Origin: a bacterium
GTDB taxonomy: Bacteria > Zhuqueibacterota > Zhuqueibacteria > Residuimicrobiales > Krinioviventaceae
NCBI GenBank assembly: GCA_963675755.2
Contig: CAXXMD010000003.1
Coordinates: 3,008,001-3,072,000, forward strand
Length of the DNA stretch: 64,000 nucleotides
Direction: 5' to 3'
The notes beneath the pieces were generated by a model. The model was not told the DNA's origin. It saw only the letters and a list, made by a program, of their open reading frames with translations, and searched no databases. The translations under genes and the position numbers were made by a program. Of the stretch, positions 19,939 to 29,180 are shown piece after piece (the stretch's first letter is position 1; every line of letters starts with the position of its first letter).

Positions 19939-21351
19939 ATGACTTTATTTATTAGACTTTTATATATTGCTTTGGGATTGTTCCTGTCTATCAACCAGGG
20001 AATAACCCTGATTGTGGGTAACCTGCGCAATGGCCAGATCATTGGTTCTGATGTATTCATGCCGGTAGACTTTCCGTTATATCTATTGTTGTTTTTAACA
20101 CCGAATAAAAGCAAGGGCACAAAATCTTGGTTTTTGAGTTTCTTTGTTAAATTATTAATCTTTTTGTTTTATTTGCTTAGCTTTACCGGAGAATCCATTG
20201 CCTATGACAATGGTGAGTTCCGTTTCCAGATGGTGCATCTCACAAGAGCAATGCTCATTTTCTTTGTAATAGCGTCAAGATTACATGATCGTGCTATGCT
20301 CAAGAGTTTTGTAGTAGGTTTATTACTGGGTTTAGGATTCCAAAGTACGGTAGGGTTTTGGCAATGGCAGGTAGGACCGGTTTCTTTACCATTCTTTAAT
20401 ATTGATTCCAGTTATCGTGTCAGTGGTTTGATTGGTGTGCCTAATGCATTTGGAGCATATCTGATCACATTGATTCCCCTTGCCATACGTGTTATCTTTT
20501 TTACCAATATAAAACCGAAATGGCTCTGGGTTATTATTACCATTTTCTCATTAGGTTCTTTGTATGCAACATATACCCGTGGTGCCTGGCTTGCTTTTGT
20601 AGGTGCCATGTTCTTGTTTACGCTCAAGGATTTAAACAGTACAAAGATAAAAACACAGCAAAAATTGACTTTTGTTGCAATTGCCATTATTTTTATGGCA
20701 TTTATGGGTGTCAAGTATGGTGGAAATATTTCTGCCAGAATGCAGGGCTCTACCGAGTCTTTGGCAGGAGATGCCAGTCAAAGCCGTTTAAACCTTGCCA
20801 AAGATGCTTTGAGAATTATTAACGACAACAAGGTCTTTGGCGTAGGATTGAACAATTATCGTAATCATGCTGACCAGGCCACCCTGGGATTAAGAATAGT
20901 GCATAACGCGTATTTGTTGATAGGTGCTGAGCAGGGGCTGATTGCTCTGTTTTTATTTATACTTGCTCACTTGATTGTCTTGTTTGGAGGATTGAAATTG
21001 CTTTCATCAAAAGACAAGCTTATATACAATGTGGGATCAGCAACGCTGACAGGATACCTTGCGATTTTAGTATATCACCTGATTGCACCTGATTATAGAA
21101 TGGTGGGAGTTTTGATGAACCATTGGCGATTACCCGCAATGATTCTTGCGTTACTGGTAATGAATGATATTGTTGATAAACAAATGCTACGTAAACGTTT
21201 GGCACATAATAACAAGCGGATGAATGGTACCCGAAAAATTCAAAACTCTATAGGTAATGGAAATGGCAATGGTAACCATCAATCCAATATTAATACAGAT
21301 TCTTCAATTATATATAAAAGTAATATTGAAAATAATGAACAGGGAGTATAA
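19939..21351 (+). CDS. O-antigen ligase/polymerase (Wzy_C / WaaL family)
   Basis: R..G....PN, TYTRGAW, FGVGLNNY and VHNAYL...AEQG motifs. Confidence 0.88.
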   Translation: MTLFIRLLYIALGLFLSINQGITLIVGNLRNGQIIGSDVFMPVDFPLYLLLFLTPNKSKGTKSWFLSFFVKLLIFLFYLLSFTGESIAYDNGEFRFQMVHLTRAMLIFFVIASRLHDRAMLKSFVVGLLLGLGFQSTVGFWQWQVGPVSLPFFNIDSSYRVSGLIGVPNAFGAYLITLIPLAIRVIFFTNIKPKWLWVIITIFSLGSLYATYTRGAWLAFVGAMFLFTLKDLNSTKIKTQQKLTFVAIAIIFMAFMGVKYGGNISARMQGSTESLAGDASQSRLNLAKDALRIINDNKVFGVGLNNYRNHADQATLGLRIVHNAYLLIGAEQGLIALFLFILAHLIVLFGGLKLLSSKDKLIYNVGSATLTGYLAILVYHLIAPDYRMVGVLMNHWRLPAMILALLVMNDIVDKQMLRKRLAHNNKRMNGTRKIQNSIGNGNGNGNHQSNINTDSSIIYKSNIENNEQGV

Positions 21352-21746
21352 TGCAAATAACTGATGCAGGTATTTCGTTACAGGGTAAATTAATTATCCT
21401 GGCGGCAGGAATCATTTTCATCATTTTTATTTTTTACTTGTTAAAATCACGCAAGATCAGTGATTCATTAGGGCTTGTATGGTTAACAGTATCTATTGGT
21501 ATGGTTTTGGTGATGAGCAGCAATACTGTTTTGTTATTTGTAACTCATATATTGGGAGCGCAGTATCCTGCTTCTGCGTTGACAATGATTGGGCTGTTTT
21601 TTATCATGTCTTTGTTGCTATATTTTACCCTCAAATTAACCAAACTGAACCAGGATCTGCGTGCATTTGTTCAACAAATGGCTATGAAAAATATGGAGCT
21701 GGAAGAAAAGATTTCAAAACTTGAATCCGGTAACAAAGATCAATAA
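21351..21746 (+). CDS. DUF2304 (GacJ-like) small membrane protein
   Basis: 131 aa, 3 TMs, WL and LG..YP motifs, C-terminal coiled coil (KLNQDLRAFVQQMA). Confidence 0.8.
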   Translation: MQITDAGISLQGKLIILAAGIIFIIFIFYLLKSRKISDSLGLVWLTVSIGMVLVMSSNTVLLFVTHILGAQYPASALTMIGLFFIMSLLLYFTLKLTKLNQDLRAFVQQMAMKNMELEEKISKLESGNKDQ

Positions 21747-21773
21747 TCAGGTTTATTTTACCTCCTCAAAAAT

Positions 21774-23219
21774 ATGGCACAATTACAAAAAAACATCGGC
21801 TTTGCCAGTATAGGTCATTTAATCTATACGCTGCTGGCCTTTTTATTGATTCCGTTTGCTACCCGGTACCTGGGAGTAATAAATTTTGGTGTTTATTCTC
21901 TGGCGACTACAGTCGGTTTTTTTGTCAACCTATTAACCGATTTGGGAATGTCTATTCTTTTAACACGAGAGATTTCCAAACATAGAAAAATTGCCAAAGC
22001 ATTGTTTGATTCCTTTATGGGGATCAAGTCAGTCCTCGTTCTGAGCACCATTGGATTACTGCTTTTATATCTTCAGGTTGGTGATTTTACAGCAACCGCA
22101 TTTCATACCATATTAATCTATTCTGTTTCATCAATCATCAGTTCCTACACGCAAAATATTTTTTCTGTATTCAGAGGATTTGAGAGAATAGAATATGAAT
22201 CTCTTGGTATGAGCCTGGACAAGTTTTTATCAGTAATCCTGGGTATTCTTTTTCTAATAGCCGGTTTTGATATTCGTATTTTTATTTCATCATTTGTTAT
22301 TGCCAGCCTTGTAAAATTATTTGTAATTACTTTTATTCTGCAAAAGCATTTTTTCAAGCCTGGAATTCAATATTCATTTTCCAGGAATAAAGTGCTCATG
22401 TTGACAGCCTTACCTTTTGGTCTGTCAAATTTATTGGCATTGTGTTATAATTATTTTGATATACTGATGCTTTCTGCCATGACCAATTTCCGAGATGTGG
22501 GTTGGTACAATGGCAGTTACAAATTCCTAAGTTTAACAACACTGGTTCCTATCGTGTTAACAGCAGGGCTGTTACCTCAATTATCTGTACATCATAAAAA
22601 TAGAAAAGAGTTGACTGGTTTGTTTTTAAAGGGAGTGACTTATTTGTTTATGGTTTCCATTCCCATGGTTCCGGTAATTCTTTTATCTGCAGATTGGATC
22701 GTTAATACTGTTTTGGGCCCTGAATTATATGGATCCATCATATCGTTAAAGATCCTCGTTTTTGCTGCTTTTGCACAAATGTTGAATTATTTGTTTGTTT
22801 CCCTGTTTGCTGCTGTGAATCAGCAAAAGAAAATTTTATATTTTCAAATTATTGGTCTTGTTATTAACCTTGTATTAAATTTAATACTTATACCTGTTAT
22901 ATCTTATCGTGGTGCGGCATTTGCTACAATTGTAACGGAATGGATTATATTGATTTTTATCGTCGTTTGGGCATCCATTCATATATTCACTTCCACAAAA
23001 GCATGGAAAGTGTTTGTTATCAAGACTGTTCAACTGCTGTTTTCAACAGTCATAATAACGCTGATTTTGTGGTTGTTAATTAAAAACCAAATGGCAACAT
23101 TGTTAGCCCTGTTTATTAGTGCAGGGATTTATGTTCTTTGTTTACAGTTATTTAAGGTTGTTGATCTTGTGGCGTTGTCGCATTCCGTTTTGGCAAGAAT
23201 TAATCATGGAGAGAATTAG
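21774..23219 (+). CDS. wzx: Wzx-type flippase
   Basis: RYLG...FG.YS, DLG...LTREIS, D..ML, VGWY, N..LN..LIP.....GAA.AT motifs. Confidence 0.88.
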   Translation: MAQLQKNIGFASIGHLIYTLLAFLLIPFATRYLGVINFGVYSLATTVGFFVNLLTDLGMSILLTREISKHRKIAKALFDSFMGIKSVLVLSTIGLLLLYLQVGDFTATAFHTILIYSVSSIISSYTQNIFSVFRGFERIEYESLGMSLDKFLSVILGILFLIAGFDIRIFISSFVIASLVKLFVITFILQKHFFKPGIQYSFSRNKVLMLTALPFGLSNLLALCYNYFDILMLSAMTNFRDVGWYNGSYKFLSLTTLVPIVLTAGLLPQLSVHHKNRKELTGLFLKGVTYLFMVSIPMVPVILLSADWIVNTVLGPELYGSIISLKILVFAAFAQMLNYLFVSLFAAVNQQKKILYFQIIGLVINLVLNLILIPVISYRGAAFATIVTEWIILIFIVVWASIHIFTSTKAWKVFVIKTVQLLFSTVIITLILWLLIKNQMATLLALFISAGIYVLCLQLFKVVDLVALSHSVLARINHGEN

Positions 23220-23224
23220 AAATA

Positions 23225-24001
23225 GTGGATTCTAAAATAGAGAATATTCAGAGATTTTACGAGACGGAAAAGGCACTGGTCACTTCACCCTTTATTGAAC
23301 AGTCCGGAAAATTGAACCGTGAACTATTGGCAACAGTTTTTGACAAATTGGGTATTAAAACGGACAAAAGGGTAATAGCTGATGTTGGTTGTGGTACGGG
23401 TCTGCTGGCCAGATATTTTGATGATGCAATGTACTACATTGGGCTTGATCTCGTTTTTCATCCGACATTGAGTGCACTTGCAGATAATACACATCAATTC
23501 GTTCAGGCAGATGCCCAGATCAATCCTTTACAAGACGAATCGGTTGATTTTATTGTATGCCTTGATAGTTTTGAACACTATCCGGATCAGATAAAAGCAG
23601 CCAAAGAGTTCTATCGTGTGCTCAAACCGGAAGGAAGCTTGTTTCTGTCTATACCAACTTATGCAAATGTTGCAGGTTTGGTAAAATGGTTTTCTGAAAA
23701 ATATGGCAGTTATGAGAAAAATACATGGGCTCCTTTTGATTACTGGAAACCCGAAGCTTTGGAACACTTTGTAACCCCTAAATTGGTTAGAAATGTTTTT
23801 CAATCGGCAGGTTTTACAGACTTGAGTATGATAGGATATGACAAAGAAGTTGTTGTAGGCATGTTTCCATGGGTATGGCACCCGAAAATGCCTGGCAAGA
23901 TTGTTGGCTTGATGCAAAGAGTGTTTAAATTGTTTTCTAAACCTTTGGTCAAGATAATACCACAATCCAGTTTGCATACATTTTGGAAAATATCTAAATA
24001 A
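23225..24001 (+). CDS. Class I SAM-dependent methyltransferase
   Basis: DVGCGTG motif I, DA...P, FEH, RVLKPEG; GTG start. Confidence 0.88.
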   Translation: MDSKIENIQRFYETEKALVTSPFIEQSGKLNRELLATVFDKLGIKTDKRVIADVGCGTGLLARYFDDAMYYIGLDLVFHPTLSALADNTHQFVQADAQINPLQDESVDFIVCLDSFEHYPDQIKAAKEFYRVLKPEGSLFLSIPTYANVAGLVKWFSEKYGSYEKNTWAPFDYWKPEALEHFVTPKLVRNVFQSAGFTDLSMIGYDKEVVVGMFPWVWHPKMPGKIVGLMQRVFKLFSKPLVKIIPQSSLHTFWKISK

Positions 24002-24021
24002 TATACGTTGGAGTATTGATC

Positions 24022-26103
24022 ATGAAAAAAACATATATCCTCATAATAATGGCATTGTTTGTACTGTTTCATGCATACAATATATTGGCGCAATCCTATG
24101 ATCGTTTAAACCCACCATATCCCCGTACAGCTATGTTTAACATGGTTGATCCTACCAAATCATTGCAGGATGGTGTGCGTCACGAGATGCTCAAAGATTA
24201 TGATATGGTAATGATTTACGGAATGACAGATTTTGGCGGACATATACTTGCACCTATTCTGCGAGCACAAAATCCTAATCAGATTTTATTTGCTTCCGGT
24301 ATTAATGGTGTTAATGATCGTGATCCGGTTGGGTACTTTATGGTGAGAAGTTATCGTGGTGTTTTAAAAGAAGATATTGTACCTAATCAGGAATATATAA
24401 CAGTATCTACAACTGCAAATATTCATGCAGGGCAAGCTACTGCAGAGTATTGCTATGTTTTTATTGGTGACGATTTGATCAAAGTTAGAAGTGTGGAGAA
24501 TGATACAACTTTGCGATTGGTAGTTGATAATGAAGAGCGTTTTGTGATTAGTACCAATCACTTTGCAAATGATACACTTTTTAGCCCACTTCGTTCACCA
24601 GGTCCTGGTATTTATCCCGATTTTGGACAATATGCGAAAACTGTAGATGGTATTTATGCATGGGATTATATTGCCGAAGAAAATTATTATCGTGAAGTAG
24701 ATTGGGCATCCGGCTTGTATGATGGAATGTACCATGATTTTTTCACCTATACTTTGCATATTGACGGATGGCAATTTGATATTGATAGAAACGGTGTTCC
24801 TGATGAAGATGAACATTCCAGTGACTGGTATAATGAACAGTGGCGCTATGGTGCTAGAAAATTTGTCGAACGTGAAAATCAGATAATGGCCGAGCTTACT
24901 CCAACAATGTCAAACCTATTGGCCCTGAATGCAGGTGGTGTATTGTTCGATCTTTATGATGTCATTAATGGACACCAGTTTGAAGGTTTTCAACGATTTG
25001 TTGCATGGGACTGGTTTAAGGATGATGGTATTGCCTGGATGAATAATGGTAAACAACCTTTAATGATGTCAATCTTTGATTATTTCCCTGAAAAGCATTT
25101 TTACAATGGTAAAAACCGTTTTAATAAAGTTCGTTTTGGTTTGACTGCTTCTATGATGTTTGACATGTATTATGGCTATACAGGTGGTGATACCTACTGG
25201 TTGTTCTATTGGTACGACGAGTTTGAAACCAATATGGGATATCCAACCGGTCCTTACTCTGAACTATCTAATGGTTTGTTGGTTCGTTATTTTGACAACG
25301 GTGTTGCTATTTGTAATCCTACCGGTGCAGATCAGACTTTGACTTCTGCTATGCTTACCGGTGGACCCTATTATCGGTTAAAAGGTGGACAAGATCCGGT
25401 CATGAACAATGGTGAATTGTTTACTGAAGTTTCATTATATGGTTATGACTATGGTATACAAAACCTGCGTGGTGATGGTATTTTACTTTTTAAAGAGCCT
25501 ACCACTGCTATTTGTGATATCATTGTAGACAATTTCTTTTTAAACAGTACTTCTCCCGGTTCTGATCCTGTTGAATTAACCGGCTCCTGGACTAAAGCCG
25601 TATCTGCCGGTCATACTGACTTTACTCAAAACAATCCCTATTGGGGACAAGATGGTACTCGCCGGGTTCTGGATTTGAGCAGCTATAATTATTACTATGA
25701 TGAAGGTTACGGATATCACTATTGTTCTGCAGGAAGTGGAGAAAATACTGCTACCTGGAAACCCACAATCGGTGTTGAAGGTTGGTATGAAGTTTCGGAA
25801 TGGCACGGATGGCATGGAGATGCTGCAAACAGTTACCAGGAAGCGACAAATGTTCCGTTCGAAATGGGTGTTGATACTGAAGTCCGTTTACGTGGCACAA
25901 TAGATCAGCAGAGCAATGTAGGGCAATGGAACCGATTGGGATATTTGTATTTGCCTGCTGGAAAACTGGGATATGTCAAGATCACGAACGAAGCGAATGG
26001 TTATGTTATTGTTGACGCAATGAAATTTACCTATATGGGAGATTCATCCTTTACCCCGGATTCAACTCCACCCGCCAGACCTACGAATGTTCAAGTATAT
26101 TAA
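24022..26103 (+). CDS. Secreted putative glycoside hydrolase (GHL15-like TIM barrel) with golvesin/Xly-CBD-like C-terminal domain
   Basis: Signal peptide; YDGMYHD, NGHQFEGF, WYDEF...G.P and R.F.NG....NP motifs; IIVDN...W...ATWKP...G.YEV..W...DAMKF domain; family call is by motif memory. Confidence 0.6.
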   Translation: MKKTYILIIMALFVLFHAYNILAQSYDRLNPPYPRTAMFNMVDPTKSLQDGVRHEMLKDYDMVMIYGMTDFGGHILAPILRAQNPNQILFASGINGVNDRDPVGYFMVRSYRGVLKEDIVPNQEYITVSTTANIHAGQATAEYCYVFIGDDLIKVRSVENDTTLRLVVDNEERFVISTNHFANDTLFSPLRSPGPGIYPDFGQYAKTVDGIYAWDYIAEENYYREVDWASGLYDGMYHDFFTYTLHIDGWQFDIDRNGVPDEDEHSSDWYNEQWRYGARKFVERENQIMAELTPTMSNLLALNAGGVLFDLYDVINGHQFEGFQRFVAWDWFKDDGIAWMNNGKQPLMMSIFDYFPEKHFYNGKNRFNKVRFGLTASMMFDMYYGYTGGDTYWLFYWYDEFETNMGYPTGPYSELSNGLLVRYFDNGVAICNPTGADQTLTSAMLTGGPYYRLKGGQDPVMNNGELFTEVSLYGYDYGIQNLRGDGILLFKEPTTAICDIIVDNFFLNSTSPGSDPVELTGSWTKAVSAGHTDFTQNNPYWGQDGTRRVLDLSSYNYYYDEGYGYHYCSAGSGENTATWKPTIGVEGWYEVSEWHGWHGDAANSYQEATNVPFEMGVDTEVRLRGTIDQQSNVGQWNRLGYLYLPAGKLGYVKITNEANGYVIVDAMKFTYMGDSSFTPDSTPPARPTNVQVY

Positions 26104-26124
26104 CACAGTATATATATAAATTTC

Positions 26125-26161
26125 AAGGCCCTGTTGTTACATCAGCAGGGCCTTTTTTTTT
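26125..26161 (+). terminator. Rho-independent terminator
   Basis: aaggccctgttg-ttacat-cagcagggcctt stem followed by T tract. Confidence 0.85.
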
Positions 26162-26299
26162 ATTATCTAAAATACTTGTAATTAATAGAAAAAAAGATTA
26201 ATTTAAGTGTCTATCTAAAGGCTTTAAAAGATATCTTAAAGTGTTACTTTAGGATATGTCAGGTATAGGTATTATTAAATAAAAAAAATTTCGGCAATA

Positions 26300-26328
26300 T
26301 TGAAAACAAACCCTATTGTCATTATATT
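26300..26328 (+). promoter_or_regulatory. Possible sigma70 promoter for second GT block
   Basis: TTGAAA-17 nt-TATATT downstream of a terminator. Confidence 0.45.
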
Positions 26329-26344
26329 GTAATAGGTTGTTTGA

Positions 26345-27553
26345 ATGTTTGTCAGGATGAAGACTTTGTATATCGTCTATTTTAATTACATGCAGGATCT
26401 GTACGGGAGCTCTATCGGTTCGACGATAAAAGCAGAACGGCTGTTTGAGAACCTGCAACTGATGGGGCATACAGTCTCTGCCTATTGGCGATATGCAGAT
26501 GAAAAGGTTGACTCGCAAGTTCAAACACAACGGGTGCAGAACAAAAACAGTATAAAACCGTTTTTGAGGAAACTGTTTTTTACGCCCAAAGAGATTTTGA
26601 AAAATCTGGTCGAGCTTTTTAGAGAATGGAGATTCCTGCAAAAGCATCATCCTGATGTGGTCATTGTAAGATGCGACGCTTATCGATATTCTGCTGCACT
26701 GTTGAGCCGGCTGTTGAATATTCCGCTTGTTGTAGAAGCTGATGGTGCCAACTCTTATGAGTGGCTGACCTTTAATAATAAGGATGGTAATATCTGGAAA
26801 AGCTGGCTTTTGGGTATTGAAAAATATAATTTCAAAATTGCCAGGCATGTATTTGTTCAATCCAATATCGCCAAAGATTATTATGCATCGATTTTTCCTG
26901 ATCAAAAGGATAAAATCTCTGTTATTACAAACGGTGCAGATCTTCGGCCTGTTGACGATGTTGCCATGAAGCAGAAACTCGGTATCCCTAAAGATGCAGT
27001 TGTGTGCGGATTTGTTGGGTCGATGCATTATTGGCACAATACAGGATTGTTGTTTGGTTTGTTGAACACATTGATGCCCAAACATACCAATCTTTATTTT
27101 GTTATGGTTGGCGGTGGCGGTCCTATGGCAGATGCATTCAAACAACAATGTGCTGGCTATGAATGGAGTAATAGAATTGTTTTTACGGGCAAAGTTCCGT
27201 ACGAGACAACACACGAATATATGAATATTATGGAGATAACACTTGCGCCTTATGCAAAAAGTGATATGTTTTATTATTCACCCGTCAAAGTATTTGAATA
27301 TATGGCGCAGGGTAGAGCTGTAATTACTACAGCCGTAGGTCAAATTGAGGAACTGATTCAAGATGGTGTGAATGGTCTTTTTTTTGATCCTGATTTGGAA
27401 AACGATCTGTCTGTTAAAGTGGATCAATTATTGTCCGATCCCGCTATGCGTAAAACATTGGGTGAAAATGCCAGAGCGTGTATAGCGCGTGAACATACAT
27501 GGAAACATAAAGCAGAACAGCTTCAACAGTTATGTTTGGATGCTATAAATTAA
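26345..27553 (+). CDS. GT4 glycosyltransferase
   Basis: ITNGAD, GFVGS...WH, YYSPVKVFEYMA motifs; alternative start at 26357. Confidence 0.9.
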   Translation: MFVRMKTLYIVYFNYMQDLYGSSIGSTIKAERLFENLQLMGHTVSAYWRYADEKVDSQVQTQRVQNKNSIKPFLRKLFFTPKEILKNLVELFREWRFLQKHHPDVVIVRCDAYRYSAALLSRLLNIPLVVEADGANSYEWLTFNNKDGNIWKSWLLGIEKYNFKIARHVFVQSNIAKDYYASIFPDQKDKISVITNGADLRPVDDVAMKQKLGIPKDAVVCGFVGSMHYWHNTGLLFGLLNTLMPKHTNLYFVMVGGGGPMADAFKQQCAGYEWSNRIVFTGKVPYETTHEYMNIMEITLAPYAKSDMFYYSPVKVFEYMAQGRAVITTAVGQIEELIQDGVNGLFFDPDLENDLSVKVDQLLSDPAMRKTLGENARACIAREHTWKHKAEQLQQLCLDAIN

Positions 27554-27557
27554 GACT

Positions 27558-29165
27558 ATGAAAACGGATTATTATAAAATAGTTGTAGTATTGGGTACCT
27601 TGCTGGTACTCTATCTGCATTTATGGGGTATTGACAGACTCGTGCTGGGTAGTGATGAACTGCACCCCGCAAGGGCGTTAATCAGTGATGACTGGAGTCT
27701 GACTGTACATCCCTGGCCGGCAGATGCTGTTCGTGAGTATTATGACAACTGGCCCATTCAGTTTCCTCCTTTGTTTGGATTAATGGTACGTGCTGCTGTT
27801 GTCTTGTTGGGTGTTACCCATGTGGCTTTGCGTATTGTTCCTGCTATTTTTTCATTGTTGGCAATTGGCGCCATTTTCTTACTGTTCAAGCAGTTTCTGA
27901 AAAATGGCTATGTTTTTGGATTCACACTTTTGCTTGCAATGCTATCCGACAAGATGCTAATCTATGCCAAATCCCTAAAACATTATACGCTGGATATCTT
28001 TTTTGCCACGTTGATACTTGCATTTGGTAAAATGCTGGGAGACCGGTTTGAAAATAAGACGTGGATTGGGTTTACAATCATATCCGCTATAAGCATTTGG
28101 TTTGCTTTTGCATCAATCTATGCTGTTGCCGCAGTGTATTTGTTCTTGTTTGTGCGGTATGTCTTTTTAAAACAGCATCGAAATAGTGGTTTTTGGTACA
28201 AGATCATTCTATCCGGTTTGGTGTTCACCGCATCTTTTGCGGGATTGTATGTAACCAGTATTTCCAATGCAGTCTCTAATCCGGTTTTTCTTAAAGAATG
28301 GCTGGTACAGATTTTCCAGTGGGACCGTGCAACCGATTTGGGATACCTGGTAAAATATTTTGGGCATGTTGGCAAGCATGTTTTGATTCTTCCTGCATAT
28401 TTCTTTTTTGATTCTCTTCTGGTTGCATTGATTGGTGATATTTTGATCGCAGTTTGGATTTGGGACCGCTTTAAACAAAAACAATGGGATAAGGTGCTAT
28501 TACTGGTAACACCGTTGTTGTTGGTTATATTGGCTTCTTTGGCGGGCAAGTACCCGTTCTCAGCAGGGCGGTTGACTCTGTTTTTAATGCCAGCCTGGTC
28601 GGTTATGATGCTGCTGGGAGCCCAAATAGTATATGCACGTTTAAAAGCTAAACAAATCTGGTTTGGGCGGATAGCCATCGTTGCTGTTACCGCTTTGGTT
28701 TTGACAGGTGTTTGGCTTAATATTAACAATGTATCTAATTTGAAATATTCTGGCGGCAGAAATGTTGATCAGTTAATGTATGCATTGAAAGCAAATGCGC
28801 AAGATGGCGACACGGTTTATGTTCACTGGGGCGCTATAATGCCATTTTATTTTTATTTTACAGATCACCAACCGGGTTATCAAAACGAGTACCCCATACG
28901 TTCCGCGAACGAAAAAATACATGTGATCTGGGGTGAAGAGCATACACTGCATCCTGAAAATAACGAACCTTTGTTTGAGCGTATTGAACAGGTACCCGGT
29001 AGATTGTGGATTACCTTTGGACATTTATGGCCCACAAAGGATATGAAGTTGTTAGAAACTCGTTTGAATGAAAAACGAACATTATTAGAAGAAAAGTCTT
29101 TTAAAGGCTGCAAATTATTATTATATGATAAATTGCCGTCTGATAAAGCTGAGAATAGAAATTAA
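27558..29165 (+). CDS. GT-C fold (PMT_2-like) glycosyltransferase
   Basis: L..DE loop, PPLF, LR..P, Y....K.Y..D and YPF..GRL motifs. Confidence 0.8.
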   Translation: MKTDYYKIVVVLGTLLVLYLHLWGIDRLVLGSDELHPARALISDDWSLTVHPWPADAVREYYDNWPIQFPPLFGLMVRAAVVLLGVTHVALRIVPAIFSLLAIGAIFLLFKQFLKNGYVFGFTLLLAMLSDKMLIYAKSLKHYTLDIFFATLILAFGKMLGDRFENKTWIGFTIISAISIWFAFASIYAVAAVYLFLFVRYVFLKQHRNSGFWYKIILSGLVFTASFAGLYVTSISNAVSNPVFLKEWLVQIFQWDRATDLGYLVKYFGHVGKHVLILPAYFFFDSLLVALIGDILIAVWIWDRFKQKQWDKVLLLVTPLLLVILASLAGKYPFSAGRLTLFLMPAWSVMMLLGAQIVYARLKAKQIWFGRIAIVAVTALVLTGVWLNINNVSNLKYSGGRNVDQLMYALKANAQDGDTVYVHWGAIMPFYFYFTDHQPGYQNEYPIRSANEKIHVIWGEEHTLHPENNEPLFERIEQVPGRLWITFGHLWPTKDMKLLETRLNEKRTLLEEKSFKGCKLLLYDKLPSDKAENRN

Positions 29166-29180
29166 GGACAGATACCGTTT

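Noticed and set aside
26249-27214. 321-aa minus-strand ORF
   Set aside because: Antisense shadow of a clear GT4 gene; no recognisable motifs
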